From Phoronis australis (lineage: Eukaryota; Animalia; Phoronida), in assembly GCA_002633005.1 (NCBI GenBank), contig NMRA01000261.1:372001-436000 (forward strand): DNA of 64,000 nucleotides. Direction: 5' to 3'. Shown one piece after another: positions 54,001-64,000 of this stretch; the first letter of the stretch is position 1; every line of letters begins with the position of its first letter. The position numbers were made by a program, and so were the translations under genes. A model generated the notes under the pieces. That model had not been told where the DNA came from. It saw only the letters and a program-made list of their open reading frames with translations, and made no database searches.

Positions 54001-54371
54001 GCTCACTTCCCCCTTCAACTATGTGCCTGAGCTTCCTAGTAATCATTACAATGTGAGTGTCCAAACTTGAAAGATTCTAATTGACAGTGGGTGTCCAAAT
54101 GGTATATTGGGCATCCTTGCCAGGGCATCCAGATTAATGCTAGGGCGTCCAAATGGACGCCCAGGAACTATGCTGCATAATGGCCTGTACCTGTATAAAT
54201 GGGGAATCCATAGCCCAAAGAGTGCCTTTCATTCATAAACACCAGCTGGTGAACATTGAGTAACACATTAGCACAGAAGAGCATACAGAAGAAAACTTAC
54301 TTTTTCAAAAAAGCCGCAAGTGCCTTAACGAATTTGTGTTGATCCACGTCCTTCACGCTAACACTTGGCAT
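48099..54371 (-). CDS. RPS19: 40S ribosomal protein S19 (eS19), 4 coding exons, 146 aa
   Basis: Exons 54371-54301 ([24 protein letters not shown]), 50514-50345 ([35 protein letters not shown]), 49704-49587 ([23 protein letters not shown]), 48180-48099 ([16 protein letters not shown]); 441 nt in total. The ATG directly follows a splice acceptor, implying a non-coding first exon. Confidence 0.97.
48545..49305 (+). mobile_element. Truncated copy of the same interspersed family in RPS19 intron
   Basis: Shares blocks such as ATAAATACACTTGCTAA..AAAGATCCTGCAAAC and GCCACTAG motifs with 2577-3772. Confidence 0.6.
49440..49573. repeat. ~44-bp tandem repeat x3 next to an RPS19 donor site
   Basis: CCCTG(C/T)AA(G/A)TGAGCTCCACAA(C/A)ACAAGATACTAT occurs three times. 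Confidence 0.85.
52320..53150 (+). mobile_element. Heavily decayed hAT (ZNF862-like) transposase N-terminal relic
   Basis: Fragments across frames: [44 protein letters not shown]; multiple stops and frameshifts. Confidence 0.35.
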
Positions 54372-57327
54372 CTAGAATAAGGTGAAACATATTATAAGTT
54401 TGTTGGCAGGCAAGTTAATATTCAAGTTCTACCATTAACTCTTAACAATTTCGAAAGAAAATTATTACTAAAATTTCTCCCTTTTCATTTTTCAATAACA
54501 AAATAATATTGTTTGTAAATGACCACAATTTTTCAAAACATTGTCTGATGGTTGCAGGAAACCAATTTGGTGCTGAACATCTCTCAAGGACAAAATGAGA
54601 AACTAAAATTTCACTTGTCAAGTTATGTCTTAACTTGGTGAGATTGAACGCATTACATTTCTCAAACTGTCAGAGGTTTTTAACATTTTATTAACAGTAG
54701 AGTTTGCTTCAGCGAATCTATAACTATATTAGTTCATAGAAAAATCCCACACCCAAAATAATGGTGAGATTCTATTTCATGGTGCTCAAAGGCAACACAT
54801 ATTTTCACTCCACACATTAAGCATCAGAATAACAGTGGAACACATAACATTTGTGCGATGCGTGTGATTACCTGCTGCTTTACTTTCTATCCATGTCAGA
54901 CAATGAATGACCCCGGCTGAAAGTCAAGCAACAGCCAATCACAGCAACTAACGTCATATAGTAGTAAGATTTTCAATTCCGGCGCATCTAAATCTCACTT
55001 CTGGCAGATGTTTTTCTGTGTAATAGAGTACGCTGAATTTCATTTCCTTACTTATAGCGTATAGGTGTTTCAAAAGATCGGGTAGAAGGAAATAAAACTC
55101 CCTAGTCTGAAGTAGGCTTTCTAATTTTCAGTACATTTTGACTCCAAGTGGTCTCCAGCTAAAGGAGATAACTATTGGTTGGCAAAGCAGACAGGAGGAC
55201 AACTAACATTTTTTCAAAAGGGTTGCTAGGCCACCTACAACTTGTTTGATTCTGTTGTCAATTTAGACAGTACCACGGTCTCAACTGGCCCCAGTTGAGA
55301 GGGTAGTCATCCCATAGGCCTTCCACATGCCGAAGCTTTTCGGCCAATCATGCCTCACTTATTAAACTATCAAACTCATGTTGNTTGTTTATCACACTTT
55401 TCATCAATACATATTTGAAATGATGTTGTTTATCTTTAATTTTTTAAAGTAATGCATTTTGACAAAGTTAAGTAAGTCGCAAACTGCATGTCAACAAAAA
55501 GGTCACAAAATAATATCAATAATTTGCCCAAACCAGTTATCAGATTTCAACTTCCTTGATGAAAAATCTTGAAATGATACTAGCTTATTTTTTTTCTTGA
55601 GTAATTGTTATTTTATGCCAATTTGAAACGACAAAATTGTACGTACTGACTTTTCTTCGTGGACTTTGTTGACTTTAAGGTCCACATCTTCGCACAGGAA
55701 TGTCCAACCGGAATGTTCTTTTTTGCAAATTATTCATTATAAAATTTTCTTTGAAATGATGTATAACATGTCTGTCTAGGTTATGTAGATTTGTAACTAT
55801 AATATTTCAAACTCACAAATTTGATTTGACAGAATTTTTACCAAAAAATTTGACACAAAAACACCATTTTCTCCGGAACCGTAAGTCCGATTTAAAAATT
55901 TTTTGCACCGTTCTTTTAGTCTCGTAGAGAGCTTTCTAATGATGTATATTACATGCATATTTTCTAAAATTTTTGAAAAACGTTGTCCTCCCTACCTTTG
56001 GCCTGCAAACTGCAATAAGCTATTGAATATAGTTGATGTTGTGACATGTTAAGCCCCCTCTAAATTGCTTGTCAAGGGGCAATTACCTCTTGGCCAATCA
56101 GTTTGGATGCTCGACTCTCATGCTGGTGACCTGTGTTTGGTACTGCCGTCGGCATGTGGATTTTATCTAGGACCTAGGTTACCTTCAACAGCCACTTACT
56201 AGCATGAAAATCAGTTAAGAATGGTCTTTTAACAAAAAATTGCCCACAATTAATTGTTTTGTTATAATGGACTCAATATTCAAGTGTAATTTACTTGGCC
56301 AAGTGTTAAAAATCATTCGTTCACATGCATCCACGTTTTCTTACGGTCAAGGCCACAGCTCAGTTTTGGTCAGGTTATGTGTAATTTGCATATTTTTGAC
56401 AAAATACTGCTCAGGAGATAATTACAGTTTTGCCAGTGTATGTATATTCAAGCTATTATACAATTATGGACTTTTATCAAGGTCAGAGTGTTGGTTTCTG
56501 TTATGGAATCACACGTTGAAACAATAAATAGTCTCTGCAATGCGTTTCGGCGAATAAAATGCGATAAATATTGCGAGCGACTCGATGTTTATATATGTAT
56601 TTTTCAACTGTGTGGAACTACAAACAAATAACGCCACTGTCACAAACCGATGAAACGAACGACAGCGACATCTATAGAAAGGCTTATAACTAACTAGCAA
56701 TCCGTCGCATGACAGTTTCCATATGCTAAAAATATGTTAATAACTAGTCATTATCACGTGTTTGAGGTCTGGAAACCAACATATTGACTGTGTGTCAAGT
56801 CATTAAAATTTTGTTCTATTATATGATTCCATCTGCTTAGTAAATCCTTTAAGGAGGCTATATTTGAGCTTTCAATTATATGCCAAATATTCATTCTGTC
56901 AATCAAGTACCAGTTTTTATCCAAAACGTAGAAAAATTCTGCTTATCTATCAAACTGAACAGATGAACATCCTTATGAAATCAAAATTTTAAATTGGCAC
57001 AAGTACTTTGGAACTGTCTTGATTCTTGGATGTTGAAATTTATGATTTCTGAAATGATTATCATACTTGATTGAGAATTTCTTGAAGAGAGAAGAGCACT
57101 AATGCTGCTTCTAGTGCATCACTACGAGTTTACTGTCTTTAGCCACTAATTACTGGTTCCACTTTTAAGTTAACTTCATCATTTCTTCATGTGGCGAGAA
57201 TCACGCGACTCATTTTACCGTGCTCTTTCCTTTAAATGTTGTATGTCATCATTCGAAACCAATCAAATGGTCAAGAAGGCTGACTCAAGCCATGATACCT
57301 TCAGTAATTTTCTTCGGAGAATAGCAA

Positions 57328-57418
57328 AATCATACAAGACCTTGTTAAATCGTACAAGACCTTATTAAATCGTACAAGACCTTGTTCAATCGTACAAGAC
57401 CTTGTTAAATCATACAAG
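57328..57418. repeat. 20-bp tandem repeat x4.5
   Basis: AATC(G/A)TACAAGACCTTGTTA units. Confidence 0.85.
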
Positions 57419-58075
57419 TGACTTTGTTACCTCACTTGCATGCACTAGCAAAGTGGTAGTCACTACAATGATTGGACAGTGAAGCAAGAATGTTTAATTA
57501 GGGGAGCAATCTAAAGTCCACTCCATTTTTCTTCTTCGTTATTGTGCCAACTTGGTTACAAAACTCCACACTGCACATAGCATATTGATGGGGTGAGGAC
57601 GTTAAAGACAACGTTCTGTTCAGCTACTGGAAACCAAGGATGGACCATGGTTTCGAACGATGTTTTCCGACTCGAAAATCAATCGAGTCTTATTGACCCG
57701 GCTGAATACAAGTACGCTGGGCGAGTGAGTCCAGTGGAGTCAGTAAAATCATGGAGAACAAAAATATAATAAAAAACAGAGATAATCTCTCTATATTGAC
57801 TGTATTGTCAACTGACCAAAGACAAGTAGTGTGGTAAGAATTCCAAGGCTGGCATCAACATTTCATGGACTGAACTCTCATTAAGAGTAAAGGCAGGCAC
57901 CAAATTTCATGTTGCACAACTCATGAAGAGCATTACAATTTTACTCAAAACAATACTGACCAAAGATGCACAAGAAGATGTTCTAATCCTGTACACTGCT
58001 CCCATCTTGTGCGGAGGCTTCCTAGTTTAGTTTACTTTACCTTAGAAATTTCATGAGGAATGTCTTTTATTGTAG

Positions 58076-61000
58076 AACAACCCAGCAGAGAATCTACTTA
58101 AGTCTGAGGGATTTGGTAAGTGGGTGTGTAGTCATCCAGGTGCCAAGCAAGCCACTGTAGTTATCCAGGTAGGTGTTGTAGACTGGTGTATACTGTAGTA
58201 TAAGTGTGTGGGTTAAGGTTAGTACGACCTTATCGACAAGCCTAACGGTGGGTAATTTGCCAAATATCTACAAAGCTACAGAATTAACTCTGTAAAAGTA
58301 TTTTTTTTCTGAAAGCCCTTTTATTTTTAACTTATAAGTTTATACCTGTCCGACTTAAATTGGGTCATTTTATCATGCCTTTAGAAAAATTTAGCAAAAA
58401 AGAAACTTAAGATACTATTATTTGATAAAATTGGTCAAATTGCATTTGATAATGTTGAAGGTGAAACCTCAAAAGTCTGTTACAGCTTTTTGAAATATTT
58501 CGTTTTTATATTTTAAAAACTATGAGAATCCTTTTTTGATTGATTCAGAAAAACTCGATGTGTCTTTTTTGAGAGCAAGACAAGCCTCTTGCAAGACCTG
58601 GCAACCATTTCAAATACCTTCACAATTTTTGTGCTATTGACACTACTTACAGGGGTCCAATATTCTTAGAACCTGTTTCCTCCACTGAATAACGACCATC
58701 AAACTGATACTGAAAATCCACTGTGGCTGACTATTGCTATTTTTGCGCTCATGTGTTACACAAGAATATCTTTGAGCCAAAAGAATCATGATCTCTTGTA
58801 TGCTACACTAAGATATTGCGAACTAAATATGGGGAGATGTGCATGGGCGGCGCTCCATAGGGGGCTGTGGGGGCTATAGCCCCCCACTTTTTTCAGTGCT
58901 GCACCGCCCATGGCCTATGGGCAGTGCACCACAAGGGGGCTGGGGGGGGGGGGCTATCGCCCCCACTTTTTTCATTGTTGCCCCACCCATGATGTGTTTT
59001 GGATGTTTAGGCGAATTTGGATGTTTATTCAAATACGGGTCGTGGTTCTCACCTAGTCAAAAATGTAATTTTTGTTGATTTACTGTTTCAGTTTGAAAAG
59101 TCATCCAAGATCCACCAGATAGACATTGGGAATGCACACTCAGCCTTTGTTGAGGTGTTGGTCGGACGATCTTCTCAGGCTTCTGAAGATGATTATCAGG
59201 TGAGTTTAACTATACAGGGAACAGTGGGGTTGTGTCTACTCTATTCCATTTAGTGCATTATGTGACTGGTCTATATAACATTTTGGATAGAAGCAATATG
59301 ATGTGAGTCCTTCATCCCTGTAGGGTATAAGAGGCTTGTACGGAGTGGACATGTGGAATTGACGAGGTACTGGTAGTAGTTCTAAATTTTGGAACTTGGC
59401 GTACATCTTGTTTTGTTGTGAGACTCTTCAATCGCTAAATGTGTTGAAGCTGAATGTAGGAGCGTGACCAAAGCTAAGTATGAGGCATAGGGGTAAGTGT
59501 AGGAGCACGACCTTCACCTTGGTCTGAGACATAGAGGGCACTGCACTGTTCTCCATTTCAGAATTTGAAAGCCTTTGTTATGGAACACTCTACCTTGTTT
59601 TCACTACCTCTTTCAGGTTATATTGGTCGCTTCATCTTTCATGAGTCCGCTTGAGAGCAGAAACAACACTAATCGAAATCGTGTGCGTATATTTGAAAGT
59701 GATAAACTGTCAAAGACAGCAACTGAGGAAAAATGGGACCGAGTGAAGATTGTATGTTCTCAACCGTTTAACAAGGTATGGTTACTTCGAAACAGATTTA
59801 GCATTTTGATGAGCTAGAAAAGAAACCACATTTTAAACTTTTTCCCTCCAAATATAACCAACTGTGCGTCTGCTAATATCATTGTCTGTGTGTCACTGCT
59901 GGTACTGCTTACAATACACTTTTAATTGGAGTTGTGTTAAAGATGCCCTCTTTACCATTCATTGGTCAGGAGATGAGTGTCGTATTTTTTCAGAACTGTC
60001 TCTATCTCTATGATACTGTAGGTTCATTCCTCTTGGCTGTCATGAGTGATGTGTCTGCCAGACACTGACATAGATGCTGGGGGCACTTAATGTTGATTTT
60101 TTAAAGTCTCACGCATCGCTAATTAGATAATTCCAAAATATGAAATGAATCAAGTTAACGGTGATGATTCTTCCCATTGAAGTGCCCTGTGATCTCTATT
60201 GAAGCACCAAGTGAATTCTATTGTAGCACTTGGTGAACTCTTTTGAAGCACTCAGTGACCTCCTTTTAAGCACTTGATGAACTCCATTCAATACATTCTT
60301 TTATGATGTGTAATTAGAAACGCTAACTTTCCGTGTTAAAAAACAAAGCAAAACGAACCAAACAATGCTTTTCTACTACTGCACTATGTGGTGTTTTCAT
60401 GAAAGGCTTTTTATGCAAAACTCAGGAATGCTAATTATTCACAATTACCCATATTCTAAATAAGAATGGCAAATTTTAACCATTTGTTAATTGAATCAGT
60501 TCTTGGCCACAGTAAGATTCAAAACCGGACGATCGCCGCACAAATGAACATGCAGAGCTCAGTGACCCTGCAACTATGGTGATGACCAGCTACTGACTAC
60601 TTAGTATCTCTCACTTCACTTCATGGATGTCACCTTAGATGTATGTTGGCAATTGTTGTCCTATGTAAATATCCTGATGATATCTAACGAATAGACGAAA
60701 CATTGATTTATCATGAACTTCTTCATTTGTGCAGCGATCGTCTGGTTTTTAACCATTTGTGTTCCTTTAAACAGTACACACCATGGATTTTTGCACATTT
60801 TGAATTACCGGTTGCCACAAACTAAATGTATGACGTAAAATTTAGCTAAACCCATGTTTATTTTGTGTAATTAGCTCGAAATTTTGATTTTCCTTTCAAT
60901 TTTGCCAATTTTCACATTTCCCGCCATGTGACGTCATGGGTTGAACACAAGAGATTAGTGACTAGCATTGAACAATGGCGGAAAGTAGGGAATTTGAAAG

Positions 61001-63934
61001 CGACGCCGATTATGAGCACAAATTGAACGAATACTATGAAGAAACGTACGGGAATGGTGGCCAGGATGAGGAAATGGGGTTGCACGAAAGCGAGAATAAG
61101 TTTAATGTGCTTCCGGCTGCGTACTTTTCTACTTTGAGCCTTACGAACTGGATCCTCCCGCGAGAGAAGCGGCCTCGGGCTCGGCGAGTCAACCCAGTCA
61201 TCCAACAGACGATCCTGAACTAAGAGCTGATGTTTCTGAATGATAAATATTGTCCTTTATTGAACCAGGCCTTCATCGTAACGTCTCTTGTGACTGGAGT
61301 CGAAACGCGAGTCCTCAAAGTGGGCAGAACACAGAGTGGCCCCGGACCGAATCGCTTGGTCCACGACCATGATGTCCCACACTCTCGTTCGGCGCACGAA
61401 GCGATGCCACTTCTGCGCAACTTTGGTATCCTTCAGAACACCGAGACGTTCTCCGCCTGGCTACTGTTGCTGCAGCCTCCGGAAACACATCTTTTGATCC
61501 CTCTACGAACCTTCTCGACGCTAAATGTATTTTGCTTTCTCTTCACTCAATACACTTTGCATAACTCTCTGATCCGAACAGTATGGCGAACGACTTGGGT
61601 TCAACCCATGACGTTGTACATAATTATTATTTTTTTCAATTTTTGCGTGTTTCTTTATGAGCTGTGCACTAAAGGCACTGAAATCTAGTAAGATATAATA
61701 ATAAAATTTATTTTGAGGTACAAGAGTCATGTTGTGTACACTTTAAATCTCACTAGCAAATATAACATAACTTTAAAATTCATCATTGTTAAAGCAAGAT
61801 CCATGACGTTTGGATAAGAAAAACTTTTTAATTAAATAAATAACTGAGCTCATACTACGACCAATAAGACTTATTCTATGTAATAGTGGGTAGTATAATT
61901 TTCATATTGAAGTTCTCCTATGGTTATTGGTCAGTTGAAGTCTGTGAATGACTGATCAACGAAAAATGTGCCCATTATGTGGCCTAGCATTGTGACATAT
62001 CATCTGCTTTGGAAGTCGTGCATTAGAAATATGACCCTTTCCAAAATACCTTGTTCTGCCTATAAATGTGCACAAGAAACATCAGTGCTAATCCACGAAT
62101 GCTGATCTGAGTTTCTTTTGTGTGAAGCAGAGTTATTATCATATCATTCAAGACTTCATTAGTTACTCTTTAAAGCCTGTTGGCCAAGGAACCTGAGTGT
62201 GTATCAGTGTGTGTGATGTTGGTCAAAAGACTGTTGCAAACAAAAGACCAGTGACCTGAGTCTAATCATTGTACTCGAAATCGACTCGGAATTATTTTTG
62301 ACATTTTCTGTTTTGCTTTAATACGAGCTCAAGATAAGTGTCTATTATGCTATGCTCAAGTACATTTGTACTTAATAGCCCCCAGATTTAAGCTTCAGAT
62401 TCCAGTGAAAACTTGAGATTTTGAATTAAAGCTCAAAATTTCGACATCAAACTCCAACTTATAGTTTAAATGGCGTGGTCGTCAAGTGCAAATTTATATT
62501 AGGTAGTCATCAAAGTAAACCATAATGTGCTCGATAACAGAATTATAAAAGACACTCAAAAATAGTTGTGAGTTTTATTTCGAATATAAAGATTAGAAAT
62601 ACCAGTCTCAGATTTGCTTTGTGTTCTCCTTTGAAAACTGATCTCTGTCTAGAGTTGAATCTGAACTGGAGATATTTGTAATGTCAAGATGTCGAGCTCA
62701 GAATTTTGGAGACATATATATTCCAAGGAATTAGTCAGATTACTTGGTTGTACCAACTTTAACATTGAGAACTTGGGCACCTGTAACATCAGCATGGATT
62801 GGCTATCATTGAGATATCGAGTTTTGATGAACATGTTCATGGCCCGGTGGAGAGAAATCTACCGTGCCCTCTTCAATATATCATTGTGACAAAATGAGTT
62901 TTTAATGGTGCTTTTTAAGAAGTAACATGATTCTGAAACTGAAATTTGTTGTTGTTTGGCGTATCATTCCATCTTTTCAGTGAACTTTAAAAATGTCTTA
63001 ACTAGTCTTGTAAAAAGTGGATTAATTTTTTAGATTATATGCCCTGAAAACTACACAAATTTTGTTTTTCATTGTCCATTTACGTTTCAGAATATCACTT
63101 ATGGCATTTCATTTATAAAGCTTCATTCACCACCTGCTGACGTCGCTGTTGCTGCAGGGGAGGTAACTACCATTTGTTAAAGCAGTTCTGCTGCTTGTAT
63201 TTGAACAGATTTTTATGATGGTAATGCTATTTGTGCAGATGTGGTAAAGTATTTCACACTTTCATGTAATTTTGTTTGTTAAGTCCAACAGTGGAAATAT
63301 CAAGATATGATATGCCAGGTTTTATTAGCGATTAACTTTGCAACTTTGCTTTATGTCCAGGCTGTGGCAAAAGTACTCCTCAGTTCTCTTACTGTATGCT
63401 AAACTCAGTTCTCTTACAGTAGGCTAAACTTAGTTCTTTTACTGTAGGCTAAACTTAGTTCTATTACTGTAACTGTAGGTTAAACTTAGTTCTCTTACTG
63501 TAGGCTAAACTTAAGTTCTCTTACTGTAGGCTAAACTTAGTTCTCTTACTGTAGGCTAAACTTAGTTCTCTTACTGTAGGCTAAACTTAGTTCTCTTAGT
63601 TTAGGTTAAACTTAGTTCTCTTACTGTAGGTTAAACTTAGTTCTCATACTGTAGGTTAAACACAGTTCTCTTACTGTAGGTTAAACTCAGTTCTCTTGTT
63701 GTAGGTTGAACTCGGTTCTCTTGCTGTAGGTTAAGTTAGTTCTCTTACTGTAGGCTAAACTCAGTTCTCTTACTGTAGCCTAAACTCAGTTCTCTTACAG
63801 TTGGCTAAACTTAGGTCTCTTACTGTAGGCTAAACTGGGTGGGTTCAAGTTGAAACCAGCTCAAGATGATGACATTTCGCCTGGATCATTGTTTGCCAAC
63901 CGCTTCAAGACTTCAACAGCATCTCCACTCTCAG
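58076..63934 (+). CDS. XRCC1: DNA repair protein XRCC1, N-terminal-domain exons; first coding exon not located, gene continues past the right edge
   Basis: Exons 58076-58168 (NNPAENLLKSEGFGKWVC..ATVVIQ), 59092-59199 (FEKSSKIHQIDIGNAHSAFVEVLVGRS), 59617-59775 (VILVASSFMSPLESR..NRVRIF..KWDRVKIVCSQPFNK), 63091-63162 (YGISFIKLHSPP), 63829-63934 (KLGGFKLK..PGSLF); GT-AG ends and in phase. Confidence 0.93.
58842..58991. mobile_element. Short GC-rich hAT-like MITE
   Basis: CATGGG..CCCATG ends with ATGTG duplicated on both flanks; internal GGGGGCT(ATAG/ATCG)CCCCC repeats. Confidence 0.6.
60520..60752. mobile_element. Small inverted-repeat element
   Basis: AAAACCGGACGATCGCCGCACAAATGAA is inverted to TTCATTTGTGCAGCGATCGTCTGGTTTT; related end at ~27487-27560. 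Confidence 0.45.
60771..61742. mobile_element. Second, older deleted Kolobok-type element in XRCC1 intron
   Basis: TTAA flanks (60767-60770, 61743-61746), imperfect 15-bp TIR (ACAGTACACACCATG vs AGTGTACACAACATG) and a subterminal inverted repeat ACGTCATGGGTTGAAC. The - strand holds a frameshifted THAP (RCVSGGCSN..KWHRFVRRTRVW..LCSAHFE, ~61260-61500). The + strand holds an acidic ORF from 60975 with frameshifted YFEP..RADVSE. Confidence 0.7.
63379..63834 (+). repeat. 25-bp tandem array (18 copies) whose last unit is the XRCC1 exon acceptor
   Basis: Unit CTTAGTTCTCTTACTGTAG|GCTAAA; the final copy continues into coding GCT AAA CTG GGT... Confidence 0.92.
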
Positions 63935-64000
63935 GTATATCGGCCTTACTTACTGTGGTTTTAACAGTTAATTGCCATGCATATGTGGTCATATATTCTA

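Noticed and set aside
53456-54187. Possible hAT MITE (CAGGG..GGCCTG), related to ~25985-26110
   Set aside because: The TIRs match poorly and no TSD was found, so the boundaries are unsupported.

Overview
AT-rich, intron-rich animal (invertebrate-type) genomic DNA with one 425-nt N gap (32555-32979) and two single-N joins (26624, 55384). Four spliced genes could be rebuilt by hand with consistent GT-AG boundaries and phases. (1) A SID-1/SIDT-family dsRNA/sterol transporter on the - strand, with exon 1 at 29966-30235 and the gene running off the left edge. (2) Head-to-head with it, a complete 8-exon orphan nuclear receptor on the + strand (31153-47344, 368 aa) resembling the invertebrate NR7/NR8 group. 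(3) A complete RPS19 coding sequence on the - strand (48099-54371). (4) The 5' part of XRCC1 on the + strand (58076 onward; first coding exon not found). The introns are packed with mobile DNA: two independent deleted Kolobok-type elements (convergent THAP and KolX/P2X7-ballast-like stubs, TTAA TSD), Helentron-like interspersed elements carrying arrays of CTCF-like motifs, several MITEs, a solo-LTR candidate, and Penelope, LINE-ORF1, hAT and Sola-like relics. The oddest local feature is an 18-copy 25-bp tandem array made of the XRCC1 exon 3' splice site itself. Family assignments rest on recalled motifs, not database searches.
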